Assembly (NCBI RefSeq): GCF_018350175.1
Contig: NC_058368.1
Location: 129,706,001-129,770,000, forward strand
Source: Felis catus
Lineage: Eukaryota
Length of the DNA stretch: 64,000 nucleotides
Direction of reading: 5' to 3'
Part shown: piece by piece, positions 11,523 through 25,046 of the stretch
How positions within the stretch are numbered: position 1 is the first letter of the stretch
Layout: each line of letters begins with the position of its first letter
Notes under the pieces: model-generated
The model's input: the letters and a program-made list of their open reading frames with translations, nothing else
Databases searched by the model: none
Told to the model about the DNA's origin: nothing
Position numbers and translations under genes: made by a program

Positions 11523-13189
11523 ATTTAGAAATACACTGGAATGTTTTCTTATTTTCCTTGCCTTAATGGCCATGACATATGATGTCACTGGGTCACCCCA
11601 GCCATTTCTAAAACAGTCCCATCTACCCCCAACACTGAGTCAACAACCTGAGTTTTTAATAAGCCCTCTTTTTTTGAACCACATGTTATAATTTTAAAGC
11701 GTGTATCGAAAATTGAGTAAATAAATGTTTGTGTATATCCCTTAAAATCTTTGTACAGTGAAAATTTTTTAAACAGTAAATATTACATACACGGCTCTCT
11801 ACAAATTTTTAAGGGTTTCTGAAGTGAACTGAGGTTCTGTTTGTTTTCTATAGTAGTACTGTCTGGCACAGTTCCACCAGACTCTCCCTAAAACGAAGGG
11901 GTAGGCCAGGAACCGATCACCTCTCTCTGTGATTCACCTGCAGAACTTGCCTCATCCCTTCTGGAAGCTCAGACATGAACTAACGAACTGGGGCCCCATT
12001 CGCCTTTGGCTTAGCAGACTCCTATTCAATTATCTTTCCCTCCCACTCAGGAGCAAGATTTGGTTACTCATTAATTTTAAGGGGATTTCCTAAGAGACAC
12101 CAGGAAAGATTTCCTGGTTATGTGGGCTGACAGCTATGGAAGCACTAACAAGGGAAGTCATAGAATCTCTTCCTGGGAATCTTTATGAAAAGCAAAATTA
12201 AATGGGTCTCATTGAGAAGCAGTTTAAGAAGGAGGTAAGAGACTTGAAGCAGGTGAAGTGTCATCTGATTCTATGATTTTATAGTAACAGATGGGCTGCT
12301 AATTTAAAATAAGAAGCTGCAATCAACAAGACTTAGTGATTCCCACATTCCATGGATGTTTTAACCACAGATTTATGCTAACTGTATTCTCACCTTTTTC
12401 GAGCTTAATTTCGAGCTTCAATTTCTTCCTGAGTTGCAGTGCAGTATTCACAATTACAAATAGTAAGCTGAACTTGTGATTTAATATCTGATAGTAACGT
12501 ATCTTCCTCTCCCATACAGTCCCAATCTCTAGTAGTGCAACAATTTTTGATGTGGGTAGAAGGTAGGATGTGGCTTTTTATTTCTCAAGTTCATTTCTGC
12601 TCAATCTCTATCCCACTTGTATAGGAGAGGGTGAGGAGGAACACAGCTTGCCCACATCTCTTAAGAAATCAAAACAATTGACTTTGTCACAAGCATACTT
12701 TCCATACGTGTCTGTATAATTTACTATAGTAATCACATGTTTGAACCAAATTGTTGCCATCATGTGAGTGTAGGTGAACATAGCAACAATCCTTATCTTT
12801 GCTGTGAAGTCAAATATTTTTTTATTCTTATGTTTTGCAGGTTTGCTTATGGTAACCCCATCACCACCATGTGTAAATGCCCATGTAGTGCCATTTTTCT
12901 GTGCCTTTCTTTTAAGAAATTTGGTATTACAGCACAGATGATTTTAAACTATTCAAGGGAAAAAAATTTTTTTAATATTTGATTTTCAAAAGCCAGGTAA
13001 CTGCTGAGGACAAGAATCAAGTGCTGGAGACCACAGTCCTCTGAGCCACTCCATCTGTAAGGCCTTTAATCAAAACTCCTTCCAGCATCCCAGCAATGAT
13101 GTGTGGTTATTTATTGCACACTGATTTTTAAATCTTAAAATTTATTGCACACTAATTTCTAAATCTTAAAATTGATAGTATTAGAGTGA

Positions 13190-13390
13190 TATTCAATTAT
13201 TGAGCACCTAGTATGTGCTAAACACGAAGTGCTTTGCATATATCTTCTCGCTACATCTCGTTCAACCCCCTGAGAGAATGCTAATATCAGCTCCATGTTA
13301 CAATGAGGAAAGAAGAACAGAGATTGAGGAACCTGCTCAAAGTCATGTGCAAGGGAGTAGTGGAGCCAGAGTTTGCACTACACAACGTCC
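13190..13390 (-). mobile_element. MIR SINE
   Basis: ttattgagcaccta...tacaatgaggaaagaa...ctgctcaaagtcatg...gtagtggagccag. Confidence 0.7.
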
Positions 13391-13830
13391 AAGTAAGCTT
13401 TTATTATTTGAGGGGGGCTTTTGTGTACAGAAAAGCATATTTATGATTGTATTTTGAGTAATATTCAATTTATTAGAATAGGACTTTTAAATCTGTTTTT
13501 CTTTATACATTTTTATATCATCTCGGAACAATCACTTGTACTTTGATTAATCCTCAAATATCTCTTACATTTGACAGCTCACCCTCTTGTAAATATTTAC
13601 CTATTGGTACATTTAATCAATCAGATTCTCTCAGACATCCTAAATTACAATAATAAATGCTTACATCGCCTGACCAGTCAGTATAAATAAAATCTTTATT
13701 ATAAGCAATTTTATATACCTAATAAACCAGACCTTTAAATTTAGAAGATCAAATCCTCTTAAGCCTAAAATACGAACAATATACGAAGTATATTGTATAT
13801 TGAATGCAAGTCTAGTTACTAAACGTGTTC

Positions 13831-14040
13831 TTTTTTTTTTTTAACTTTATTTATTTATTTAGGGGGTGGGGAGGGACAGAGAGAAAGAGGGAGAGAGAGA
13901 GAAAGAGAAAGAGTCCCAAGCAGGCTCTGTGTTGTCAGCACTGAGCCCAACATGGGGCTCAAACTCAGGAACCATGAGATCATGACCTGAACCAAAATCA
14001 AGAGTTGGATATTTAACCAGCTGAGCCACCCAGGTGCCCC
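13831..14040 (-). mobile_element. Older Can-SINE with TSD
   Basis: TSD actaaac(g/t)tgttctt on both sides. Confidence 0.9.
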
Positions 14041-15661
14041 ACTAAACTTGTTCTTGAATTTAAATAATCAAGTATAGGTTTATGGTTTATCATTGTATTA
14101 TTTCTGTATCTTCCTGGGTTTAAAAGTTAATAATTTTTTACCCAAGCAAAGAGGACAGAGTTACCTCTTTAAGACGATTTATAATAGGAGCACAGATCCA
14201 CTTCCAAAACTAAGCCAGTGAATGTTGAGGTGAGCCTCAGTTTATGGTCAGATTTTACCTTCACATCCTGTTGGCTTCCTAAACTTATCCAACCAGCTTA
14301 AATTATCAGATAAGTTTGAATTCCTTATGATCTTATGACTTCCAAAAAATCCCCCATTGTTTCAAATATTGGGGACGTTTCAGACCCTCAGGTTTTAATT
14401 CCCTTTTAAATAACTGCAGACTGTTTCATTAACGACATTTTGAATGTGTTACCCAGAGTTCAGTTTCTGCCCCCTTTACTTTTTATCTTCCTCATCAAGC
14501 ACCATTTTATGGTCATAAACCACCCTGAAAACCTTCCTGTATTTTCTGTCGCATCTCTACCTCTGGGAATGAGTTTCTAACCATACTATTCCCAACAGCA
14601 AAGTGTGTCATTTGAACATTTCTTTTGCATGATAGAAAAAGCGTTGGGCTGTGCCTCCGGGAAGTGCCCTTTTCAGAGTTGCACATGGACCCAGCATGTT
14701 TTTCCCATCATAATGTGGTCTTCGCATAAAAATGCCAAGAAAAATTCAAAAAGGCCATGAATGTGACCCAAAGTCCCTGGTCCCAGTCTGTGATTGCTTG
14801 ATAAGATCAGACCAATTTACAAAAAGCACATGACACCTCACCGTAATTGCTCAAGCGCTAGCCTTGACCACTTTGTCTTCCACCATGCTACCACCTCAGT
14901 GATAGTGACCTCTGGAGACTGGACACTCTCCTGGGCACTGAGGGGTCCTCCCTACCAGTGCTCTGACCCCAGGAAAAGAGGACACCAATTTCCTCCTTAC
15001 CTAATTCCCTAAGTTTAGGAGGAATGAAAGGGAAAAACAGCCTAGTAAATTCTTTTACCACTTCTTCGAAGTGGCAAATAGAGACTACGGGGATGCAATC
15101 CCAAGAGTATGCCACCCATTTCCTGTGTGGGGGCCACCTGACTTCTACATCCAAGAATGATCCAAATATTTCCACAGCCCCAGGGCAAAAAGCCAAGTTC
15201 AAAAGAGAGAACAGGAGATTTTCTTGTACCCCAACCCAAGGCTCACCTTCCAAGCCCTCATATACTGACATGAGGCTATCTTCCCTAGATGATCCCTTCT
15301 CTTCAGGGAGGTACTGTTCTTACGCCACAGCCTCCAAAAGACATCAGAACTCTCATTGTCCACCGTTGTCACATTTCCCACCATCCATATACTCGTGTCC
15401 TAACACCACAGCCTCAGTGCTGCCTTCACCAACCTGTGCCAGCCGAGGCTGCCCTAGGTCTCTCCCCCAGCAAGAAGTGCACATGTCAGCCCTCAGTATA
15501 TTCCCTGTAATTTTGGAAGGTTCTTACTGCCGGCATCCCGAGGGGAAATTCTTCAATAAGAAAACAGATACGCATGTACACACTATCTCTACAAGAACAA
15601 GAAAAAATAAATGAGCACAGAGGTTCTAAATTCAGATTGAAGAAAATGAAATTTTCAAAAG

Positions 15662-15826
15662 AAGTGTTTGCTATCATGTGAGTCCCTGGGGGACTTGTTA
15701 AAACACGTATTTTTGGACCTGATGCCAGACCCAATTGTATGCGGATCTCTGGTGACAAGGCCCAGGGAGTGTGTGTGTTAAACCAACCCTTCCAGTGATG
15801 CTTCTGTCTAAGATTTGAGAACTAAT
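15662..15826. mobile_element. hAT-Charlie MITE (MER5A-like)
   Basis: gagtccctgggggacttgttaaaacac...cccagggagtgtgtgtgttaaac...gtgatgct...tttgagaacta. Confidence 0.65.
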
Positions 15827-16844
15827 CCTCAGAGGGCAGCCCGCCCCTAACATTTGTGGTGCCCACAGCAAGGGTACAAATGGAAGTCCTGGGCCCACCC
15901 CTCTTCTGCTTCTACTCAGCTCCATCCCTAAGCACAAGGTCTCACAAGTGGTCACTCATTTAAGCTCTGTCCATGCACCTCTGTGCCTCAGAGTATTCTC
16001 AAGAAATCAGACTCAGTGAAGAGGCTTGCAAAGGGATGTGGATGTTTGAGCAGGGAATTAAGGGGTCCTTGATGCCCACAGTGCAGTCAGGAAGTGGGAA
16101 AACAGGCTCCAACTTGGCATGTCCCCTTGGCCTTGGGGATTTCTCACCTTGCAGAGAGTAGCTAACCTAAAGAGGCCAGAATGGAGGGCTAAATCTCATT
16201 TCTAAGGGAAATATCATTGGTGGAGACCTAAGTTTCCTAATTTATTTACTAAATAGCGCTGCTTTGTTAGATGTATCTCTGCCCAAATGACTTCTCTGCT
16301 TGAAGTCTCTTCCCCAAGAACATTGGAAAAGAACCTAATTTGCTTTGCAATGTCATTTTCCCCAAAATGAAGGAACTCTCTGTTCCACAGGTAAGGTTAA
16401 GTCTCAACCTTTAGTAAGTAAAAAATAGTTACAACTATAAAATGGCAGGTTTTTACAGCTGCCACACCCATTAAGTTTTCTCCCAAAACGAACATTGTGA
16501 GTACCCCATTACACCACAGCACTCTGCTATTTAAACTTAAAACCTTCTAGAGTCAAGGTAGATGGGGGGGGGGGGGGTGGATAATGCAAGATGGACATTA
16601 TCTCTCTTTGATGACATGAAGAGGTAATTACTGTCGATACCCAAGAACGCACCGTGGGTTCTATACCAAAGGACATCATCTTGAATTATGAAACTATTTG
16701 CAACTCACCATCAATACTCACAAACTTTTTCCCATAAGTAAGATAAACATTTCCAGAGCAAAGGGCCTAGTTCACAGCCTCCTTGACAGGACCACTGCCT
16801 AGAACCCTGGGCATTTCCTCTTAGTGAAAGACGCTTTGATGGCC

Positions 16845-17250
16845 ACACATGGAGTTGTCTACCTAGACCCCCTTCTCTGGGGATTGATCCCTTGCCATGG
16901 ATTATTTCACAGAGGCCAAGTTTGTGTTATGTAACTCTGCAACCCTGGTGACAGTTTCTTGGATGGGGGGCACCTGACTCCCACTGGGTCAGCTTGATTC
17001 CCTTAGAATTAGAAGAGAAAGAGAGAATGTTTCTCTATGTAGCTGAACCTGAAATATGCAAATTTGGGAGCCATGAACCAGCCATGAATTGTTCTATGTG
17101 AGTTGGAAGCCAAGGAAGCCCATCTGCCCAGAGACAAATGAAACAGATGTTCAGAGAAGAGAAGGAAATACTTTCTCTGTTCCTGTATCAGCTGCATTCC
17201 TGGCTTTGGGTTCTATGGGTCAGCCCTGGAACCTTGCAGTAAATGCTTTT
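16845..17250 (+). mobile_element. Old ERVL/MaLR-type LTR relic
   Basis: ggatggggggcacctgactc...gggagccatgaaccagccatg...cctggctttgggttctatgg; family assignment uncertain. Confidence 0.45.
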
Positions 17251-17424
17251 GGGGGTCGTAAGTTACTGGCGACTCTTCTACCTAGAAGTGCACCACTAGT
17301 GATGTACTTACTTGCTTTGACCCTAATTTTTCTCTGAGACCCTCATCCAAACAGCCAGGAAGTAGAGTGCATTGTAACTCTTAGTACCTATTCAGCTCAT
17401 CCTCTTCTATTATCACTGCCACAA

Positions 17425-17580
17425 GATGAAGTCATATAGAATGGAGTTCACCTCCCAGCCCTGCTGACTAATAACTGTGTGACCCTGAGCAAGCTACTGA
17501 ACCATCCTAAAATGGGGATAATCATAGTATTTGCCTCATGAGATCGTTGTAAGGATTGAATAATAGTGCATATAACAAAA
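17425..17580 (+). mobile_element. MIR SINE
   Basis: actgtgtgaccctgagcaagctactgaacc...aaaatggggataatcatagta. Confidence 0.8.
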
Positions 17581-17905
17581 TGTATGGACCATAGTCTATT
17601 ATGTCTATTATTGACATTATTATGTCAATAAATGCCTATTACCATTGTCATACCACTAATGTTGTATTTATATTACACTATTTTTAAAGAAAGGTTAACT
17701 TACTCAGAGATCCCTGCCTAATTGCTAATACACCCGACCATATCTTTCTAGGAATCTGTTTATTTTAATGACTATAGTATGTACAGAAGGGACATTTGCT
17801 TTATTAGACTATATCTAAAGTTGTTTAATTTAATTAAGCTATTTAAAAAGAAGGAAAATATTATCAAGTACACTGATAAGCTTTTTACACATATTTTCCT
17901 GTAAA

Positions 17906-18113
17906 TTCTTTTTACTATTTTATTATTTATTTTTGAGAGTGAGAGAGACAGAACACGAGTGGAGAATGGGCAGAGAGAGAGGGAGACACAGAATCCAGAG
18001 CAGGCTCTGAGCTGTCAGCACAGAGTATGACCCGGAGCTCCAACTCACCAACTGGGAGATCATGACCTGAGCTTAAGTCAGACGCTTAACCGACTGAGCC
18101 ACCCAGGCGCCCC
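17906..18113 (-). mobile_element. Can-SINE
   Basis: Minus-strand copy; TSD-like tacacatattttc / tacgtgtattttc. Confidence 0.9.
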
Positions 18114-18324
18114 TACGTGTATTTTCTTAATTTACAAAAGCTGATACTATCTCTAATTTAAAGATGGGCAAAATAGAGGCTCATGAACATTAACTTACCA
18201 AAAGACAGAAAAAAAGAGACAGATCTGTAGTTCAAATTCAAGTTTGTCTGACTCCAAAGTCTATGTCCTTTTTTTTTTTTTTTTAATGTTTCATTCTTTG
18301 TTTTCTTTAAGATAATAGAAAATA

Positions 18325-18548
18325 GGGACCCTTGGGTGGTTCAGTCGGTTAAGCATCTGACTTTGGCTCAGGTCATGATCTCATGGTTCATGGGTTCGAG
18401 CTCCGCATCGGGCTCGGTGCTGACAGTTTAGAGCCTGGAGCCTGCTTTGGATTCTGTGAATCCCTCTCTTTCTGCCCCTCCTCCACTCACACTCTGTCTC
18501 TTTCTCTCAAAAATAAATGAAAACATTAAAAGAAATTTTAATAAAAAA
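18325..18548 (+). mobile_element. Can-SINE
   Basis: Complete copy; TSD taatagaaaata. Confidence 0.9.
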
Positions 18549-18864
18549 GTAATAGAAAATAAATATTTTACTAACTTGAACATTGAAAACAGCTGCAATA
18601 ATTACTAGACATGGATTTTTCCATAAAATGAGATTCAGTTTAGTTAGCAAAGGAATCTTGGAGGAATATGTAGTCCAGTTGTTCCAAGGAGTATGTGTAT
18701 TGAAGGATTGTCATATCCTATCTTCTTTGTAAAACATACTAACCCCTATTATTATATTCCATACTTAGCTCCCTCGTGAATCTCATGATGTATTTTAAAT
18801 TCTCCTTTTTATTTCATAATATGTTTCTACTTCTCACTTTCGTTTCATTTCTATAATGCATTAT

Positions 18865-20330
18865 TTTTATTTTTATAGCCAATTATAATTAACATACAGT
18901 ATTATATTAGTTTCCAGTGTACAATATAATGATTCAACAATTCTATACATTTCTTTCAATTTTTTTAACATTTATTTATTATTGAGAGACAGAGAGAGCA
19001 TGAGCAGGGGAGGGGAAGAGAGAGAGGGAGACACAGAATCCACAAGCTGTCAGCACAGAGCCCAACGTGGGGCTCGAACTCACAAACCTCGAGATCATGA
19101 CCTGAGCCAAAGTCGGACACTGAACCGACTGAGCCACCCAGGCGCCCCTACATTTCTCAGTGCTCATCATGATAGTGTGCTCTTAATCCTCTTTATCTAT
19201 TTCACCCATCCTCTCCACCCACCTTCCCTCTGGTGACCATCAGTTCTCTATATTAAAGAGTCCAGGGTTTTTGTTTGTTTCTTCTTTTCTTTGTTCATTT
19301 GTTTCCTAAATTCCACATATGAGTGAAGTAATTTGATATTTTCCTTTTTCTGTCTGATTTATTTCACTTAGCATTATACCTTCCAGGTCCTTTCATGTCG
19401 TCCCAAATGGCAAGATATCATTCCATTTCATAGCTGAGTAATATTCTTTTGGGTGTGTGTGTGTGTGTGTGTGTGTGTACATACTACATCTTCTTTATCC
19501 ATTTCGTGTATGGATGGACACTTGGGTTGCTTGTGCATCTTGTCTATTGTAAAAAATGCTGCTATTAATTAACATAGGGGTGCATATATCTTTTTGAATT
19601 AGTGTTTTCATTTTGGGGGTTAAATATCAAGTAGTGGAATATGGTATTTCTATTTTTTTAAGCTTATTTCTTTATTTTGAGAGGGGGGTGGGGTGGGGCA
19701 GAGAGAGACAGAACCCCAAGTGGGCTCTGTGCTGTCAGCACCGAGCCCGTCATGGGGCTTGATCCCACGAACCGTGAGATCATGACCTGAGCTGAGATCA
19801 AGAGTCAGACACTTAACCAACTAAGCCACCCAGGAACCCCTGGTATTTCTATTTTTAATTGTTTGAGGAACCTCCAAACTGTTTTCTACAATGGCTACAC
19901 CAGTTTGTATTCCCACCAACAGTGTACGAGTATTCCTTATTTTCTATGTCCTTGCCAAAATGTGTTATTTCTTGTGTTTTTTACTTTAGCCTTTCTGACA
20001 GGTGTAAAGTGATAACTCATTGTGGTTTTAATTTGCATTTCCCTGATGACTAGTGATATTGAGCATCTTTTCATGTGTCGGCCATCTGTATATCTTCTTT
20101 GGAAAACTGTTTAGGTCCTCTGTCCATTTTTAATTGGATTATTTGGGGGTTGACTGAGTTCTTTGTGTATTTTGGATATTAACCCCTTATTGACTATTTC
20201 GCTTGCAAATATCTTCTCCCATTCAGTAGATTGCTTTTTGATGGTTTCCCTCACTGTGCAAAAGCTTTTTTATTTTGGTATAGCCCCAATAGTTTAATTT
20301 TGCTTTTGTTGCCCTTACCAGGGGAGCCCA
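18865..20330 (-). mobile_element. L1 LINE 3' portion interrupted by two Can-SINEs (about 18955-19148 and 19655-19840) and (GT)n
   Basis: Antisense L1 3'UTR/ORF2 phrases; SINE TSDs tacatttct and tggtatttctattttt. Confidence 0.9.
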
Positions 20331-22153
20331 TACTCTTCCTAGTATACTATTTAGTCTCCTGATTCCTGGGTATATTATTTTTATATTGGAGAGAGTGCTA
20401 GAAAGATTCATAACAATAACTGTGGATTACAATCTTATAAACTTATCATGTCAACCTAATGTAATAGTTACCCAGAATCTTTTTTATTTTTTTGAGGAGT
20501 TAATCATCTGAGCATGTTGACATCCGTGAAATTCTGCTATCCCTATTCCAAACCATGAACATCACCTAGTACATTAAACCAAAATGACAGTACTAACCCT
20601 TTAGTTGGCATCCTGGGTAGCTTAAATATAAGCACAAATTTGAATTGCTGATGTAACAGATAAGAGTCTGTCAATACACCAAATGTTATATAGATTTAGA
20701 TATACAGATGGGATATAGATACAGATTCACAAGATATTTAGCTTGATAAGGCTTTGTAGTAGGTAACTAACATGAATTTGGAATTCATACAATGTTTCTT
20801 CTTGGCAAGAAAATTTAGAATACTGTAATCTTTTTTCAGAGGTCTCTTTCTTTTGATTGAAACCACAAATGCAGACACATTTACAACAATTCTCTTTAGT
20901 ACTTGAGTGTGCATATTACCTTCAGATAAAGTCAAGAAAAAAAATCCGAAGGACTTTTGATGCAGGAAAAAATTAAAAAGAAGAGAACAAAGAAGTATTT
21001 CTTTGCTTTTATCATTTCAAAGTTTTTTGATGTTCTGAGAGTTATAAAAATGAGTTATACTGTATGAAAAACACTCTTGTCTTAAATACAAATTCAGGTG
21101 ACGTTAGAAATAAAATATGGAAGAACATGTGCACGAGGTTTAAAGATAACCATCGTGCTTGACAACAAAGTCTAATCTGCTTCAATCAAAGGAGAAATAT
21201 AGTTCATCTCATTCTTTAACTAGTAGGGAAGTCACTTGGCCTAATGTGGAATGTATTTTCTCCTACACAGTGTCTTATATTGTGTGCTGAGAAAGCCTGG
21301 GCAACACAGACCACCCTTTGAGTCTTCTCTAAACCAAGAAGTTTGAGAACGCAATTTTGCTGTAGGATTGAAATAGAGACTCAGGGATACTTTAAAATAA
21401 GAAAATATCTTCTGTTGAGCGCATTGATTACACTGCTGCTGGTATTTTGTAATCCTATTTCCCCCATCCATATGCTTCTTCAATGTACATTTCCTGCTAA
21501 AATTGAGGGTCAAGAGAGAATCATACTTCTGGTTCCTGCTGATAATGTGAACCCAAAATAACAGCCAAAAAAAAAAAAAAAGGGCGAACATCTGTGAAGG
21601 CTTAGTCAGAGCATTTTCTCACTAGTAATACTTGCTAGAGTGCTATTGCTTTTACTATCAGAAAAAATTTTCCATGCTTTCTCTAATATGCACCCTCTAA
21701 TAGCCGAAGCAATCTTCTAGGGAAACCCTGTATATGGAAAAATAACTTTCTCCCCAAAACTGAAGTGGGAACTAATACACACAACCCCAGAATATGAGCA
21801 TTCACTAGTATAGGCGTCAGTCAGTAAAAGTGGGATACAGAAATCAGATTTTCACATGCAAAGTAATGATTCAAGGCAAAGCCATAACTTTCATTGAATA
21901 TAATCACACGTATTCATACAAACGGTGTTTTTCTCGCGGTAAATGTCAATTCTTTTGCCAAGTGTTAATCAATCACAATTAGTTCTGAGTTCTTTCTTGC
22001 ACTTCTAGCCAACATATTGATAGTGTTACAAACATTATGTTACTAGAGCATTGATTTCACCTTGGACCTGAAATTATACATTTGGATTTCATGATCTTGT
22101 GAATAATTAGGGTCACCAGAAGTCAAATGATGGGCACTCTTGGTTTTTGGACC

Positions 22154-22366
22154 TTTTTTTGGTTTTTAATGTTTGTGTATTTATTTTGAAAGAGAGAAAG
22201 AGAGCAGAGGAAGGGCAGAGAGGAGGGGGGAGAGAGAATCCCAAGCAGGTTCTACACTGTGAGTGCAGAGCCCAACATGGGGCTCAATTTCACAAACCGG
22301 GAGAACACGATCTGAGTTGAAATCAAGAGTCAGATGCTTAACAGACTGAGCCACCTAGGTGCGCCC
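22154..22366 (-). mobile_element. Older Can-SINE
   Basis: gagagaatcccaagcagg...gaaatcaagagtcagatgcttaac...gagccacctaggtgc. Confidence 0.88.
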
Positions 22367-22662
22367 TTTGGCCTTGTTTTGATGCATTTGGTATGGCAAG
22401 CTTTCTCAGGGTCAGTTTCTTATCAAATCTCTGCCTTATATCATAAAACCTGCAAAGAAATCTGCTTAGAATGTGGAGGTAAAACTTTTGACTTGATAGG
22501 CTATTTCTCCAGCCCCATTCTGTGGCATGTGTATTTTCCATGTTATATTGACCTGTTTTGAAAAACTCAGCCTGCATTTTGCAGATAGAACTTTTATGAG
22601 AAAGTACTCTTGCAGTTAAAAAGAAGTCAAAGAGGGAGGTGGCTATTTTAAAAGGATGCTGT

Positions 22663-23063
22663 GTGTGGTAGGTTGAAAAAAGGCTCCCCAAAGGTCTGTC
22701 CACACCCTAATCTTCAGAACCTGTGAATGCTGCCTTAGGACGACATCGCCTTGGATTGTATGGGTGGGCTCTAAATGCCAACGCATGATAAATACAGAGG
22801 GAAATTCGACATAGATACACAGAAGAAAAGGGTGTAAAGACGGAAGCAAAGATTGCAGTGATGAGACCCTAAGCAGAGGGAGCTAAGGAATGCCAATAAT
22901 CACCAGAAGCCAGAAGAGGCAAAGAAGTGCTCCTCCTTAAAGCCTCCTTAAAGTGCTGGATTTTGGACTTGGGGCCTCTTGAACTATGAGAGGATACATT
23001 TCGGGTGTTTTACGCCACCAAATTTGAGGTAATTTGGTACAGCTGCTCTAGGAAACTAACATA
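22663..23063 (+). mobile_element. MaLR solo LTR (MLT1C-like)
   Basis: Starts tgtggtaggttgaa...cagaacctgtgaatg; ends gtaatttggtacagctgctctaggaaactaacata. Confidence 0.8.
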
Positions 23064-23574
23064 AGTGCCTTTACCAAATTCTCCACGGCCCTCAACCTTG
23101 TTGGTTTTGGAAAGTCTGTTTCATTACTTCAATCATAAATGCGCTAGTCCTAGATGACTGCCTCCTACTAATCAATTCATAAGAAACAGATTGAAAATCA
23201 GATTATGAATCTGTTCATTTACCAGAGAAAATATCCCTGTTCTAGTAGTTAGGATTAATGACATATTGAGAGCATTGAGAGGTATATTTAGAAGCAACAA
23301 AATTCTTCTCATAACCAGACTCAGGCATAAGACTTTCTGGGACCTCACCAGCTCAGGCTGAGAAGAAGACAGAGGAGAATCAAAAATAATGGGAGAAGGT
23401 TAGGAGAATATTGATGCTGCTGCAGACTGATGCCAGCAAGGGCTGCTGGAAAATAAAGTGTGCAATATTCCAAGAAATGACAAAAGTCATGTTTAGGTCA
23501 GGCAGATATAGGTATTGGTGGGGAAAGGTCCAAATCCCATGAGGGTGGAAGAAGCCCAAATAAAGAGCAATGAA

Positions 23575-23963
23575 TCTGAATAAGGTTCTCCAGAGAAACA
23601 GAACCATTAGGATGGAAAGAGAGAGAGAGAGTTTAAGGAATTGGCTCACACAGTTGTGGAGGCTGGCAGGAGTGAAATCTGTAGAGCAGACCAGCAGCTA
23701 GAGACCCTGAGAAGAATCCATAAGGCAGTCTGGAGGCTGAATTCCTTCCTCCTGGGAGGACCTCAGTCTTCTCTTTAAGGCCTTCAACCAGTTGGACGAG
23801 GCCCACCCACATCATAGAGAATAATCTGCTTTATTCAAAGTGTACTGATTTAAATGTTAATCACACCTTAAACATACCATCACAGCAACATCTAGCCTGG
23901 TGTTTGATCAAACAGCTGGATACCATAGCCTGGCCAAGCTCACACATAAAATTAACCATCACA
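23575..23963 (-). mobile_element. ERVL solo LTR (MLT2-like)
   Basis: ggttctccagagaaacagaacca...ggaattggctcaca...cacataaaattaaccatcaca. Confidence 0.85.
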
Positions 23964-24599
23964 CTGGCTATTCACGATAGTCTTCCGACCAAGAGAAAGA
24001 CAACAAAAACTGCAGGAGCCAGCTCTCCAAAGAAGGAAGCAGAGAGTGAAATGAAGAACCTAGGAAAACCAAGCCTGGGCATTATTAAAGATTATAGAGA
24101 AAAATGAGGACTGCTTAGAATTGAACCCTGGGAATATCTTTAATATTTAAACTGGGGTCAAGTCTTAGATAAAAGAGTTTGTTACAAGCTTCACCTTAAA
24201 ATGTATTTGCTACCTACTGACCCCTCTACATTTTCTATTAAGATGTCAGTGGCCAGTGACAAGTGTCACGTTTTCCTCTTGAGAGACTGGGAATACGGGA
24301 CTTTTTGAGAATTGCTTATAGGAAATGAAAAGCAAAAAGCAGAAGTCTGAAAGGTTATCTTTGGGAGAGACTTTGAGAGACTCTGCGCACAAGTAGAGTT
24401 GTCTTGGGGCCCAGAAAACAAAGGACACAAACCCAGGGTCATGGAACAGATGCCGGCAACATCTGGGGGTAGAAACCTTAGCACAGACACTGTCACCAAT
24501 AGAAATTTCAGATACTTTCATATCTCATTACAGTTGTTACAGATATCTCAATGTATCATTGTATTCATCACAACTTTGAAAATATGGTAGTTATTGGGC

Positions 24600-25046
24600 A
24601 TGATCATTTAATTTAATGGGTTGATAAAGAAACTTACGTGCTATTTTATCTCAGTTTTCAAAAATACAATACTTTGTTTCCTCAATATATTTGATTTCCT
24701 TTGTAATCTTATTTATTTTGAGCATTAAAAACACTATCCTGAGGGGCGCCTGGGTGGCGCAGTCGGTTAAGCGTCCGACTTCAGCCAGGTCACGATCTCG
24801 CGGTCCAGGAGTTCGAGCCCCGCGTCAGGCTCTGGGCTGATGGCTCAGAGCCTGGAGCCTGTTTCCGATTCTGTGTCTCCCTCTCTCTCTGCCCCTCCCC
24901 CGTTCATGCTCTGTCTCTCTGTCCCAAAAATAAATAAACGTTGAAAAAAAAACAAAAACAAAAACAAAAACACTATCCTGAGAAGGGTCCGTAGGCTTCA
25001 TTAGGCCGCCAGAAGGGTCTGGACACAAAAAAAGTTAAGCGCCCTT
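24600..25046. mobile_element. hAT-Charlie relic (MER103-like) split by a SINE
   Basis: End gagaagggtccgtaggcttca...acacaaaaaaagttaagcgcccttg; family name tentative. Confidence 0.5.
24744..24965 (+). mobile_element. Young SINEC_Fc-type Can-SINE with perfect 17-bp TSD
   Basis: CpGs retained; TSD aaaaacactatcctgag at 24727-24743 and 24966-24982. Confidence 0.95.

Noticed and set aside
16564..16577. Isolated G14 run (and C15 at 37419-37433)
   Set aside because: Simple homopolymers with no supporting context; lengths are unreliable.
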